Assembly (NCBI GenBank): GCA_000002435.2
Contig: CM018791.1
DNA length: 64,000 nucleotides
Origin: Giardia intestinalis
Taxonomy: Eukaryota
Direction: 5' to 3' (one strand)
The notes beneath the pieces were generated by a model. The model saw only the letters and a list, made by a program, of their open reading frames with translations. It had not been told where the DNA came from and did not search any database. Positions 48,203-58,700 of this stretch are shown piece by piece. Made by a program: the position numbers and the translations under genes. Position 1 is the stretch's first letter, and the number at the start of each line of letters is the position of its first letter.

Positions 48203-48787
48203 ATGGCTAACAAGTCCGAAGAAGCGGAGCTCAGTTACACCGAGATTGCCTCTCGCATAGGAAAACTGTTCAAAGAGGAGAACAAGCCTATCACAATTGA
48301 CGCAATGTATGAGCAGCTGGGGGCTCCACTTAACATTCTCTCATATGTGTTGGAGCGGTTAAAAAGAGCAAAGCTCGTCGCTGAAGAGGTAGTCAACAAC
48401 GTGTGTTTCGTTTATCCTCTAGCACCACTCTTCGGTAGCAGATCATTCCACAGCAAGGCCAAGCTAGTTGACCTACAGCTTAGAGTAGCCCAACAACGTC
48501 GGAAGAGCGCTACTGCGGAGCAGCTGAATCACTTGGAGCAGCTGCGCCGAACATCTCTAAATAAGGGAAAGGCAGAATCGAGCTCCCGCGAAGAACTAGA
48601 TAGGGAAGCAGAGACTCTCTTAGAAAATATCTCAGATATTGCGAAGACAATATCAGCGGAGGTGGGCACAACGACAGACAATGTACTGAAGGGCTTAGGA
48701 ATTCATGAGCTAAACCTTTACGAACTAGGGGTGCTGAAGATGCCTGCAGAAACAACTGAAAAGGAGTGTTCTCCAAATACAATGTGA
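48203..48787 (+). CDS. Hypothetical protein, 194 aa (possible winged-helix N-terminal domain plus coiled-coil)
   Basis: Strong A-rich initiator gaaaaattagaaaaacaaaattATG. The N-terminal 90 aa have a helix-turn-helix-like pattern. C-terminal Q/E/R-rich helix. No confident family assignment. Confidence 0.55.
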   Translation: MANKSEEAELSYTEIASRIGKLFKEENKPITIDAMYEQLGAPLNILSYVLERLKRAKLVAEEVVNNVCFVYPLAPLFGSRSFHSKAKLVDLQLRVAQQRRKSATAEQLNHLEQLRRTSLNKGKAESSSREELDREAETLLENISDIAKTISAEVGTTTDNVLKGLGIHELNLYELGVLKMPAETTEKECSPNTM

Positions 48788-48834
48788 TCTTAAGCAAGAC
48801 TTGGCCTTAGACATCTCAATCGCATGAAAATCTA

Positions 48835-51800
48835 TTACAAGTACTTCTTTTTAGAGTCAGCAAATGCAGAAAGCTTGATAGACGGTTTCAGAGCTTGAAG
48901 TTTTGCAAAAAGGGTCAACACATTGTCGCAAAGCATCCTTATGGACACTTTGCATTCTTTAACGTCATTAATGGTATACACTGGATTGTAGACGTTGGCA
49001 GAACGCTTTCCATGACACTTTCCGATCTCTGAATCTATTCGCTCGCATGTCTGGTGAAGAAATTCAAGTGTATCAGAGAGCCAAGTCTTTGTGATGCCGT
49101 CTACATCCGAAATGATGAACTTATAATGCTCAGAGATGATGATTGGCATAGAAATGAAGAAGTCCGTCGTATTCAGAACAAACCCGAAACACTCAGAAGT
49201 AGGAGATCCGTCTACGACAACGTTGTTGATATAGTATTGGATGATAGGCACATACCATGGATGGACATTCCTAAACGCCTCGTGCGTAGCAGACTTGTTG
49301 TACACATTGTAGGTGTCCTCATCTATATCATATTCCACTTTAACTTTCAACTTAAGATTGACAAACTTGGGCTCTGCTGATAGCTTTGATAGTGATTGAT
49401 ATAGTATGGAATTAACTGGGTCCCTTGACATAGTAGGGCACGTGCGGGCTTTGAACTGCTCCTTGAAAGTCTTGCTGTCTACTTGTATCTTACCATAGAA
49501 GAAACTGACGGTAGGAGGGGGAAGAGCTAGAAGAGCGATGACAAAATCGGTAGCAACATACTCCCTTCGCTGGGGTGTCATAGTGTTGTCTCGGTGCTGT
49601 AAAAGGTAGGCTCGTGCTCTTTCATCTTCCTCACGCTGAGACATTGGGGTGGGAGTGATGCCTCTGGTAGGAGAGGTAGCTGGGTGCAAGTTTGACGCAG
49701 CAAGCTCACCACCCCGTATGTTGCATGACCCTGTGCTACTTCGAGGCTCCACGTTTGATCGAGCACGACGGCGTGCACTTCTTGCAGGGGATCCATTACG
49801 GCCTGTGGCGTTGAGTCTGCTGAAATTGAAACACGGACTAGCAATCTTAGTGGGGCTTCTTCCGTTGCGGCTAAGTGATTTGTAACGTGATCCTAATAGA
49901 CCTAGGTTATCAAAGCTATTTATATGTCTCGATGTTCCCACTATCGGTGTAGAAGGCGGCGAAGGAGATCTGGCTCGTGGCATGTTTTTATGAGTATCCG
50001 AGGTATTAACCCGTAAAAGCCCCATACGTGCTCGCGTCCCTTCTGCGCTAATATCGTAGAGAGGAGTTGTTCCCAAAACAGTTGTCATCTTAAGTGCTCT
50101 GTTAGGGGTACTTTCAAGCTTTCCTGAGTTGGCAATGATTGCCTGCTTAGACATGCTGGCATTGACAAGAAGGTCTGCGGATGGTACCACACTATGATTA
50201 CAAGTCTGAGAGGATGCCAATCCACCGACAGGGTCAACAAGAGATTGATAGAGAATTGATGATCCTGTCACTGGCTGTGATTGTGACTGCGAATGGGAGA
50301 CTGTATTCCGCTTTATAGTTTGCTCCACCTTTGCTTTATTCTCAGCCCTCTGGTAACTATAATAGGAGGTTTCCAATAGCTTTGATGACTCTGTTATCTT
50401 GTACTTATCTTCTATTCTTTGAGTAGGTCGTTCGGGATAACACGCAATAGAACTATTATGAGCGTCATTGTTTGAAAATGATTGTGTCGATGATGGCCTT
50501 TCTGCATCCCTACCAGGTTGCTTTGACCTCTTTGAACTAACACCTGTATTGCTGAGAAGTAGTCCTACATAAGAGACAGTAGATACACAGTGAGCAGAAG
50601 CTCCATTTTTAAGCTTGTTATACTCCTTGAACAGTGTTACGGTTGAGATGTTCTTAGCCTTCAGTAGCAAGTAGAGATTGCGTCTGTCAACAAGCGTTTC
50701 TCGTGGTCTAGGGAGAGGAAGCCCAATAGCCCCAGACTCTGTCCTGGCCTCCACTTCTCGAACAGAATTAAACATGATCTCATCTGTCAATACATTATCA
50801 ATGATCCCGGCTCTGGCAGCGTTCGGAGTTAAGAGCATGGGATTAGAAGGTGAGAGAAGACCTGCACTGAGGTCAACACGCCTGTGCCGGTTACTGTGGT
50901 GAAGAGTGTTTGTTAGTGAGTCGCCATCGGAACAAGCACTCAATGCTAGAGATTTGTTGAACCTCAAGGCAGCTATAGAGTTGGCATCTGCCGTCTGCAA
51001 AGCTCGTAATATATCTCGATTGTCTGGTATCATGCTTTCTACGGGTAGCTGGTGGGAAAGAGAATCAATATAATGCACTTTACTCCCACCAGTCAGTGCC
51101 TGTGTTGTATAGACCTCTGCCCCAAAGACTGCGCTGGAGGCGTTCATAATCGCCCCTTTTATCCAGTCGGGCTGATCCTCGGCGAACTGGCTGGGGGGCG
51201 TGATGCGTTTGATAGTCGTCACAACGGTTTCATCCAGAATGCAGGCTCGGCACTGTTTGAAGCTGTAAGAAAGTATCTTCCCTTCTGGAATCTTCGCGCT
51301 CTCCTGAGCAGAGAGCTTTGGGAAAATCCACTCTCCTGTCTGCTCTGGGAAATTGGGAGCCTCGCGAACCCACGTGTAGAAGAGCAGGTCGCAGGGATGA
51401 GAGGTCGACTCTTCCTTGGTTTCTATGTTAAGATACGTATAATCATCTCGCTGTTGCCATGTTGGGGGAAGGGGAGTGCAAAGGGCCACAAGAGCAATCC
51501 AAACATAAGAAGACGCTGGATCTAAATCTAAAAAGGCGCACATATTGAGGACATCTATGCATACATTTGGGGGCCTTTGCGTGAAGTAGAATGTAGGGTC
51601 TGTTGAATTAATTCCGGAAAGCTGGTCACGGAGCCTTCGTGTAAAGGCCAAATAAAACGCATCTACTGGGTGCACCCACGTGCTCTTAGTCGACGGGGGC
51701 TTCCAATAATATGGTCTGTTATTCTTCTTCAATGAAACCCCCTCCTCCCAGGCAAGAGGGAGAGGAGCAGCAATAGCCTCGTCCACTATCCACAACAGGC

Positions 51801-51900
51801 CTGCATCAGATGTGGAGAATCCAAAAAACTTGGTGTACTGGCTTATAATTGGATCTGTGAAGTACTTGGAGAGACGTGGGTCAAAGGAGTCCGGCGGCAT
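48835..51900 (-). CDS. WW-domain-containing protein with Ser-rich central region, 1021 aa
   Basis: N-terminal LPLAWEEGVSLKKNNRPYYWKPPSTKSTWVHP fits the WW consensus LPxGWE...GRxYYxNHxTxxTxWxxP. A second degenerate copy is LPPTWQQRDDYTYLNIETKEESTSHP. The central third is Ser/Thr/Asn-rich low complexity. Confidence 0.7.
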   Translation of the reverse strand: MPPDSFDPRLSKYFTDPIISQYTKFFGFSTSDAGLLWIVDEAIAAPLPLAWEEGVSLKKNNRPYYWKPPSTKSTWVHPVDAFYLAFTRRLRDQLSGINSTDPTFYFTQRPPNVCIDVLNMCAFLDLDPASSYVWIALVALCTPLPPTWQQRDDYTYLNIETKEESTSHPCDLLFYTWVREAPNFPEQTGEWIFPKLSAQESAKIPEGKILSYSFKQCRACILDETVVTTIKRITPPSQFAEDQPDWIKGAIMNASSAVFGAEVYTTQALTGGSKVHYIDSLSHQLPVESMIPDNRDILRALQTADANSIAALRFNKSLALSACSDGDSLTNTLHHSNRHRRVDLSAGLLSPSNPMLLTPNAARAGIIDNVLTDEIMFNSVREVEARTESGAIGLPLPRPRETLVDRRNLYLLLKAKNISTVTLFKEYNKLKNGASAHCVSTVSYVGLLLSNTGVSSKRSKQPGRDAERPSSTQSFSNNDAHNSSIACYPERPTQRIEDKYKITESSKLLETSYYSYQRAENKAKVEQTIKRNTVSHSQSQSQPVTGSSILYQSLVDPVGGLASSQTCNHSVVPSADLLVNASMSKQAIIANSGKLESTPNRALKMTTVLGTTPLYDISAEGTRARMGLLRVNTSDTHKNMPRARSPSPPSTPIVGTSRHINSFDNLGLLGSRYKSLSRNGRSPTKIASPCFNFSRLNATGRNGSPARSARRRARSNVEPRSSTGSCNIRGGELAASNLHPATSPTRGITPTPMSQREEDERARAYLLQHRDNTMTPQRREYVATDFVIALLALPPPTVSFFYGKIQVDSKTFKEQFKARTCPTMSRDPVNSILYQSLSKLSAEPKFVNLKLKVKVEYDIDEDTYNVYNKSATHEAFRNVHPWYVPIIQYYINNVVVDGSPTSECFGFVLNTTDFFISMPIIISEHYKFIISDVDGITKTWLSDTLEFLHQTCERIDSEIGKCHGKRSANVYNPVYTINDVKECKVSIRMLCDNVLTLFAKLQALKPSIKLSAFADSKKKYL

Positions 51901-52005
51901 CAGATCAGGAGACCGTCAAATTTAGAGGTTCTTCATTTGACATACAAATTGTAATGGCATTTATGCATGCACATTATGTAATCTAAAGCGGAACTTTGGC
52001 TTTGG

Positions 52006-52281
52006 ATGATAGACGCGGCTGCATGGCTTGGGATGGAGCTCTGCGTTCATACAAAAAAGGGGGATGTGCTGACTGGAACCCTCTTGGCGATGGAGCAAAA
52101 TGGATCGATGATCCTTTTTCATGTCAGTCAGCAGGTCAACACACATGGAAATGCAGACTTGGAGGAAATACTCCCAATAAAGCGCCCATCTATTTATATC
52201 AACAGATCAGATATCGAGCGAATCCTTGCGCCAGCTCTTCCCGGAGAGGTGTCCCGTTCAAATGAAAATGTTATAATGTAA
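52006..52281 (+). CDS. Sm-like (LSm-fold) small protein, 91 aa
   Basis: GDVLTGTLLAMEQNGSMILFHV fits the Sm1 pattern (G-x-L-x-G-x-L-x-x-x-D/E-x-x-x-N-x-x-L). IYINRSDIERIL fits Sm2 (h-h-h-R-G-x-x-I). Start could alternatively be the second Met (52033). Confidence 0.45.
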   Translation: MIDAAAWLGMELCVHTKKGDVLTGTLLAMEQNGSMILFHVSQQVNTHGNADLEEILPIKRPSIYINRSDIERILAPALPGEVSRSNENVIM

Positions 52282-52355
52282 CCCTGCATTTATATTATAC
52301 CCGAACCTTTAAGACCACCAAAATTAAAGCTGTCTTCGGAGCACGCAACTGGCTG

Positions 52356-53444
52356 ATGCTCAACATAGGCGGTGTTTTCACATGCTTGTCGGCGGATGCA
52401 GGCAATGAGTTTCTCGCTGCGGGTAGATCAAATGGATACAGTGTGTTTTCTCTCAATCCTCTTCAGGAGATTTGTCGTAGGACGTTGCCAAGTGAAAATG
52501 GTGTACGTCTCTTAGCTATTGCACCCAGCCTTCCGATAATCGCTATGGTAGGAGGGAGCTCAAAGGTATTAAGTGCACAGCTGAAGTCTGCTTGTAACTC
52601 TGCGGAATCCGTTAAGATCCGTGGCATGGAGCACGCAGACACTCCAGAGCTTATGGCCCCTAACGAGGTCTTCATCCTTAACGATTCGTCTGGTGAGATG
52701 TTAAACCGACTCAAATACGGTTCTTGTGTGTCGAATATATCCATTCATAAGAGTTTTCTTTTTGTGCAAGCTGGAACAAAGCTTTTTATCCATCGACTAT
52801 CATCTCTGGAGTTGATCCATACACTGACACTTGCATGCACCAGGCTCGAATCCAGTGGAGCCTCTGCTGTGAGTGTGGCAGTTCCTTCAGACGACTGCAT
52901 TATTATTGCCACCCCCAGCTCTGTCGTTGGATCGGTGGACATTTATAGGTTGACACAAGAAGAAAATGCATCGGAGTTTAAGCGTAAGACGGTGACCATT
53001 AGTGCGCATAAGACGGAAGTGGCCTGCTTCGCCCTGTCTCCAGATGGGATCTATTTGGCGTCTGTTTCTAGTCACGGAACAAAGATACGCCTCTACCGGA
53101 CGATAAACGGAGCTGAAGCAGGGTCTTTGCGACGCGGCATTAGCTCTGCGGTGGTGGTCTCCTTGGCCTTTGACGCCAGCTCGACGCGCTTGGCGTCATC
53201 TTCCTGCAATGGGACTGTTCACGTGTTTGATGTTGTAGCGTGCAGGGGTCCATCAGATGACAAGCACAAGGAGGTCCGTTCGTTTAATACATACAGATTT
53301 GCTGAGAAAGCCTTAAAAGAGAGGGCAGGACTTATCATGACATCGTCTTCCTTCTGGGTTTTGTTAGAAAGCGGGGAGATTCATAATGTAGGCTTTTCCT
53401 CTACTGCTAACTGTATACTGCAAAGCGTTTGGAGTCTTAAGTGA
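52356..53444 (+). CDS. WD-repeat beta-propeller of the PROPPIN (WIPI/Atg18) family, 362 aa
   Basis: Block-by-block match to Atg18/WIPI along the whole length, including the diagnostic phosphoinositide-binding motif in context: ...GSLRRGISSAVVVSLAFDASSTRLASSSCNGTVHVFDV (compare ExRRG...I.SLAFS.D...LA.SS..GTVHIF.L). Upstream propeller blades: LSADAGNEFLAAGRSNGYSVF, IIAMVGG. Confidence 0.8.
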   Translation: MLNIGGVFTCLSADAGNEFLAAGRSNGYSVFSLNPLQEICRRTLPSENGVRLLAIAPSLPIIAMVGGSSKVLSAQLKSACNSAESVKIRGMEHADTPELMAPNEVFILNDSSGEMLNRLKYGSCVSNISIHKSFLFVQAGTKLFIHRLSSLELIHTLTLACTRLESSGASAVSVAVPSDDCIIIATPSSVVGSVDIYRLTQEENASEFKRKTVTISAHKTEVACFALSPDGIYLASVSSHGTKIRLYRTINGAEAGSLRRGISSAVVVSLAFDASSTRLASSSCNGTVHVFDVVACRGPSDDKHKEVRSFNTYRFAEKALKERAGLIMTSSSFWVLLESGEIHNVGFSSTANCILQSVWSLK

Positions 53445-53472
53445 ATCTTTATAGGGTCATCTTCTGCTCCTT

Positions 53473-55740
53473 ATGGAGCTGCTTTTGTTTCTATCAATGC
53501 CACCGTGGGTGCTGTTTCTATACACAATTGCCATATACGTGTACACAGGAGCCTTTTATCCGTTGTCAGTAAGGCTTCTAATGCTATTACTATCACAGTT
53601 GCTGGGGCTTCACCTCGAAACTATGCGTCCACTGGCACCTACGCTCAACGACAGTGTACTCTCCTTTTACAGCGGATTTTTATATGTCTGTGCATACGCT
53701 TCTTTGTGGACATGTCTTTATGATCAAGCCTCAACCTACTTTTACTACAACGCCATTATAAGCTATTTTCTTCTAGGCCCAGATAGATTTATTAACCAAG
53801 TAGCCCGGGGTGTTATCTATCCAGATCTCTCTACAGAGGAGTCGTCAAAAGAATTGAATGCAATCCCTAACACTAACAGATTGCAACAGAAGTATACCAT
53901 TTTGCACTTTGTAGAGTTTTTTCTATCTTGGCTGATACTTTATCTCTTTGGCCACGAGGCCAAATTTTTTATCTTCACTGCATACTGCCTATTGGTTAGC
54001 GCCTCAATGCTCGTGTTTGATGGCTTAGAGACCGAAAGGTCTGTCTGTGCAATCTCGCTTCCTGTTACGCTTGTGCAGGCGAAAGAGCTACCGATGTATA
54101 CCTTCTTTCCATGTGCATTAGTGCTTCTTTATGGCATCGTCAGACAATATTCAGCTTCTGAGGATCCTACTACTCATTCTGCATACCTATTCGATGACGC
54201 TCTTGGGCGTGTTCCTGATCTCTGTAAGGAAATGCTTTCGTTGACAAAGAAGCAAGAAAAAAATGATGTTGTGTTAAAGCTGATGAACGTTTGTGCAGCC
54301 CTTCTGTATAGTACCAGTACAGAGCAGCTTATGGCTTGGGCAGCAAATATACTATCCATCGAATTAAACTGCCCCCTAATGCTGATTAACGATAATGCAG
54401 TCCATGTGGGTAGACTCACTATTAAGCAAGCCGATGTAGACGCCATATGCAGACACATACGCAATGACAGTCGCGCAACGAAGCCCTATAAGATGGTTGC
54501 TCAGTCATCAGTGGACCATACGTGCCGTATGTACAATCATTTGCGGTTGGGGAAGTTTTATGCATACATTGGAGGCCGCTCTACAATAGTAGCCTTCATT
54601 CAGCCTGAAAGACTCCATGATTTTATGGAGATAGCATCTCGTGTTGAATCCTATCTTCAGCACTGTCGAACCTTCTTCGCAGATTGCAGTAAGGCAGCCA
54701 ACACTATCCTGAATGGGTATTTACAACTGGCGGAAATGGAGGCTTCGTGGCGGAGTCTGCTTGATACATCAAGGCGGCCCTTCTATACGTTTTGGACCAT
54801 GTACCGCGACAGAATACTATCTTTACGTGGAGACTCAACTAATAAAAAGTCTTTGACCCGTGAACTGTTGCTTTGGTCAACGTACTTGTGCATCGTTTCC
54901 GACATGTTTCGTCTAGAGCCAGTGGGTGGAACACATTACGAGTTCCAACGAAAAAGAGAGGCTCCTCTTGCCCTCTACCTATTGGAAATATATGGTAGCC
55001 GCATATTAAATGCAGACTGTCAAATTGTGGCCAGCAAGAGGGTGCAGCAAAGATTTGGCCTTTTCCAGTTCTTCACAAGTAACGGCATAAATGATCAGGC
55101 TGTGCTAGCCGATATGCTGCGGATGGACATGGCCATCTATCATGCTATTATGGCATATATCTCAAGCTCCTTTGTACTTCAACCTTTTCACGATTCCTTT
55201 AGGTGTAAGATTGCCCGTGGATCACTCTTCCGGAAGCTTGAGCTCTCCGATCTTCTTGCGTACTATCGGAACAATAACTTCACTAATGGAAAAACGCGCA
55301 AGGTGGAGAGCTGTTCGGAACTCGTAAGTTACATCGATGAGCTAACAAATGAAATAATCCTAATCAGCAGCCAGTGCATCCTTAACTTTTGTGCGTGGTT
55401 CAGTGTAACAATTGATCTTCCCATCAGTAAGCTACACGTGCTGGACATCGTCGACGGTACAACGAAGGCAGAATCCTCTCAACAGAGACGGAGTATTATG
55501 CATAGCTTACAATATCGCAGTAAAGAGCAAACAGGAGCAGCCTCTTCACATTCTTTATTCACGGATACGTGCAGTAGTCCGGGAACCTATGGAATGGTCC
55601 TTCTAGACAATAAAAACATCTCTGCCCGTGCATTCCTCAGTGCAATCCACATATTGAATCTTATAGTTTGCTTTCACGATGTCTCTGAGTGCTGCATCTA
55701 TATACCTGACTATGCTGCTGGACAAACCAGCATCCTCTGA
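53473..55740 (+). CDS. Hypothetical membrane protein, 755 aa (N-terminal polytopic region plus large soluble C-terminal part)
   Basis: ATG-initiated. The first about 230 aa contain at least 6 hydrophobic helices (LLLFLSMPPWVLFLYTIAIYVY, LLMLLLSQLLGL, FLLSWLILYLFG, LLVSASMLVF, FFPCALVLLYGIV). The remainder is soluble-looking with no recognised motif. Confidence 0.65.
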   Translation: MELLLFLSMPPWVLFLYTIAIYVYTGAFYPLSVRLLMLLLSQLLGLHLETMRPLAPTLNDSVLSFYSGFLYVCAYASLWTCLYDQASTYFYYNAIISYFLLGPDRFINQVARGVIYPDLSTEESSKELNAIPNTNRLQQKYTILHFVEFFLSWLILYLFGHEAKFFIFTAYCLLVSASMLVFDGLETERSVCAISLPVTLVQAKELPMYTFFPCALVLLYGIVRQYSASEDPTTHSAYLFDDALGRVPDLCKEMLSLTKKQEKNDVVLKLMNVCAALLYSTSTEQLMAWAANILSIELNCPLMLINDNAVHVGRLTIKQADVDAICRHIRNDSRATKPYKMVAQSSVDHTCRMYNHLRLGKFYAYIGGRSTIVAFIQPERLHDFMEIASRVESYLQHCRTFFADCSKAANTILNGYLQLAEMEASWRSLLDTSRRPFYTFWTMYRDRILSLRGDSTNKKSLTRELLLWSTYLCIVSDMFRLEPVGGTHYEFQRKREAPLALYLLEIYGSRILNADCQIVASKRVQQRFGLFQFFTSNGINDQAVLADMLRMDMAIYHAIMAYISSSFVLQPFHDSFRCKIARGSLFRKLELSDLLAYYRNNNFTNGKTRKVESCSELVSYIDELTNEIILISSQCILNFCAWFSVTIDLPISKLHVLDIVDGTTKAESSQQRRSIMHSLQYRSKEQTGAASSHSLFTDTCSSPGTYGMVLLDNKNISARAFLSAIHILNLIVCFHDVSECCIYIPDYAAGQTSIL

Positions 55741-58700
55741 TGAAGAGTGTGGACACGCGAGAAGTTGATTTAGTAGGGTTTGCTTAAGCAAGTAAAGTAG
55801 ATTATCTTAGCAACGTTTAAGTTTACTCTGTTTCATCAAGGTTGGTTTGCCAACTGCTGTCCAAGCAAGTCCCACACGGGCCGCTCCGCTCTGGGCAAAG
55901 CCCGGAATCAGACTCTGAAAGCTGGATTCCATCCATCTCCGGCGGGAGAAGAAGATGTTGTGTTCCTTCCCCCGGTGGCCATCGCTTGCTTCCACGGTGC
56001 CTTCCAGGACGTCCCATCCTCTGGCCCGTCGGGGTCAACTACCGTCTGGCACTAGTGGGCACCTACTATCTCAGGACCTTGCATTAGTTGCGGTGACCTG
56101 ACCTTGGGAGTAGTCTAGCCTCCACAGAATCCAGGGTTCTGGTACTCCATGACAAAGATGGGATACGCTATGACTTCGGGTGTCTACCTCGTTCCTTGGG
56201 GTGCCTCTTCGTCTCCTCGTGGATTATACCATCAGTCTCGAGTATGATTGGAGGGTCTGCTCCCCGTGCGCCTCTATCTTGGAGTTGTGGTACGCGTTTG
56301 TGGATGCCACGGACAGCTCCCATGTGTTGTGTCGGGGGAGAAGTATGGCCCTCTGCTCATGGATCACAGTGCACTCTTGCAGGTGCTCCGTCACCCAGCA
56401 CGAGACCGTGTCGGCGCATCATTCTATGCAGTGCGTCTGGCTCGGCTGACGTGTGGGCTGGTCCATCTGCACAGCACACTTGGGGTGATGCTTCGGTCTG
56501 TCGAGGCGTCAGTCCAGGGCCACCTCTCCGAGGGGCGTCATCCGAAGCACCAAGAGCGATCAGGACCGGTTCACCGTCAGGTCGTCTCGCTTAGTGTCCG
56601 CCTACTCGAGGGTGTCAGGCACTGCCAGCTGTTGTAGCAGACGCCCGGCAGGTGGCCCAGGCCGCCACCGCTCTTCGGTGCGGTCATGTGTTCAATTTGC
56701 CTCCGTCAGCCAAGCACCCCAAGGGCCTCATCTCTTGTCAAGGGATTCATATGAATCACGTGTGGGTCCATCTCGACAAGCGTGGCGAGTGATCGGCGCC
56801 ATTGCCAGCTTCAAACGCTCATCTGCACTCGCTATCGCCTTGAGGGAAGAAGCATTCTCCTTTGTCACCAAAATGGGACAACATCTGAACCTCGATTCCC
56901 TGACTTCAGATGATGAACAAGCAGGGAAGTTCTTTGCATGGCACTTGCATGAGGGATTTGCTCGGACAGCAGTTACAGCGTCTGGCTGCATGTTTCTCTT
57001 ACAAGCCTGGTAATTGACTAGGCTTGCTTTACAGTCGCGGAGACACTGCTGCGTCTCTCTGAGTCTTTTAGAGAGACGATCCAGTTTAGTGTAGAAGAGC
57101 GAACGCGACCCAGTCCCGTTCCTACCTGCTGCTCTACGGTCTGCTGCCGCTACTTGTTGTTCTCATTTCCCCTGCTATTGATAGTCGCAATACTCTATGA
57201 AGCAATCGCTTACATCCATCCGCAACCCTAGGCGTTACGGCTTGGAAGGCCATGTCACCGTATAAGCTCTATGGAGGGCATTTACTAGCCATGGCAGATG
57301 GAGGTCGCTGCTTCTGGAGGCCCTGGTGCATGTCGGGTCAGAAGACGCTGACTCCACTGGCTGCAGGAGCCCCCACTTACTGTGACAGCTTGAACTAGCA
57401 CCACTTCGAGGACAGAGGATATCTACAGCCCGAGAGGACACTCCTGCAGAGAACAGATTCAGGCATAGTCGCCAACAGATCCTTGATCCGGATAGATGAG
57501 AGCAGATACCCAATTAGTAAGGCTTTGACTAAGCTACGCAGAATCGCATCCTTCAACACCAGACTCTGACACACGAAGTCTAAGGCAGACCATAGGTACA
57601 TAGCAGACGGGTAGAAACCTGCTTCGTAGTGTGTGGAGGCTTTGATGAGGCAATCGCGGGCTTAATGAAGGCCGGGACCGGTAGCTCTAACAGACAGTTC
57701 CCCAGCTTTGGAATACTTGCGATCACCATAGAGTCAATACAGTGAGTTATCTGCAGTAACAAACTTGTGGGGATAAGAGCAGAGTTCCACCAAACTAGTT
57801 AGACACTAATGGATCCTAGCGCGAACTCGCAGTATAGGGACTTGCAGAAGGCACCGCGTTCTACTCATCTGAGTAAGACGGCCAAATGAGTGGACCCATA
57901 GTGCAAAGACCACGAGGCCAAGGGCTCCTCCATAGCCTCAGAAGCTAACATCACAAGAGTCACACTGGCTGCGGAGTGCTTTCTGATCCACTGAGGCTTA
58001 GCGGCATGGCTTCAGTTCCTAGTACGGCCAGACAGGCTTGAGACACGAGATACTCTGTCTGCTGCAAAGCACACCTTCTGGCAGCGACTCTGGTCTATCG
58101 AGTAACTCTCGCATAGAGGAGGCAGATGGCTCTGAAGCGTCACTGCTCGCCTGATAGCTCTGAGTCATGGCAGAGGAAGCTGTTTATGAGAATGCACCCC
58201 TAGTGTGTAGATCCACATTTTCGTGCGACGTGAGAAGACGCTCCTGGATTGATCTGTCATGCCTCTGTCTGCTCTAGCAAAAAGTAACCCAGCGTATGCA
58301 CTAGTGATCTATGTCGCCATGGCATCTGTAGCTAACTAGCCAACGAGACAATCACTAGAGGAACCCTCGCACACTTATGAGCGGAGGTGCAGCCTGAGAG
58401 CAATCCTCTGGCCGCTAAGTGATGGAAGAGCAGACATAGCGTTGCTCCGTACAATCACACTCTCTCACCTTAGTAGCTATGTGGGCAGCCCCGGTCTCGT
58501 GAAGTCTGTGGATAAGCTGCTTCACCCCATAAAGCATCCAGAATTACTACAGGTGACACCTGCAAAATCTTACTGCGGGAGGCCATGCTCCGCTAGAGAC
58601 GTGGCTCTGGAAACACATTAGCTGATGGGAGCTCCCCTCTGGCGTTCTTAGCGGCGGTGTCTGTCTACAATAGCTCTTACACCCACTGCCTGTATATGGC

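Noticed and set aside
56196-57013. Three overlapping + strand ORFs (132, 129 and 139 aa) in frames 0, 1 and 2 within the terminal block
   Set aside because: Locally GC-rich sequence produces long ORFs in all frames. The translations are Ser/Pro/Arg/Gly/Ala-rich and not protein-like. At most this is a degraded pseudogene, which is noted in the findings rather than called.
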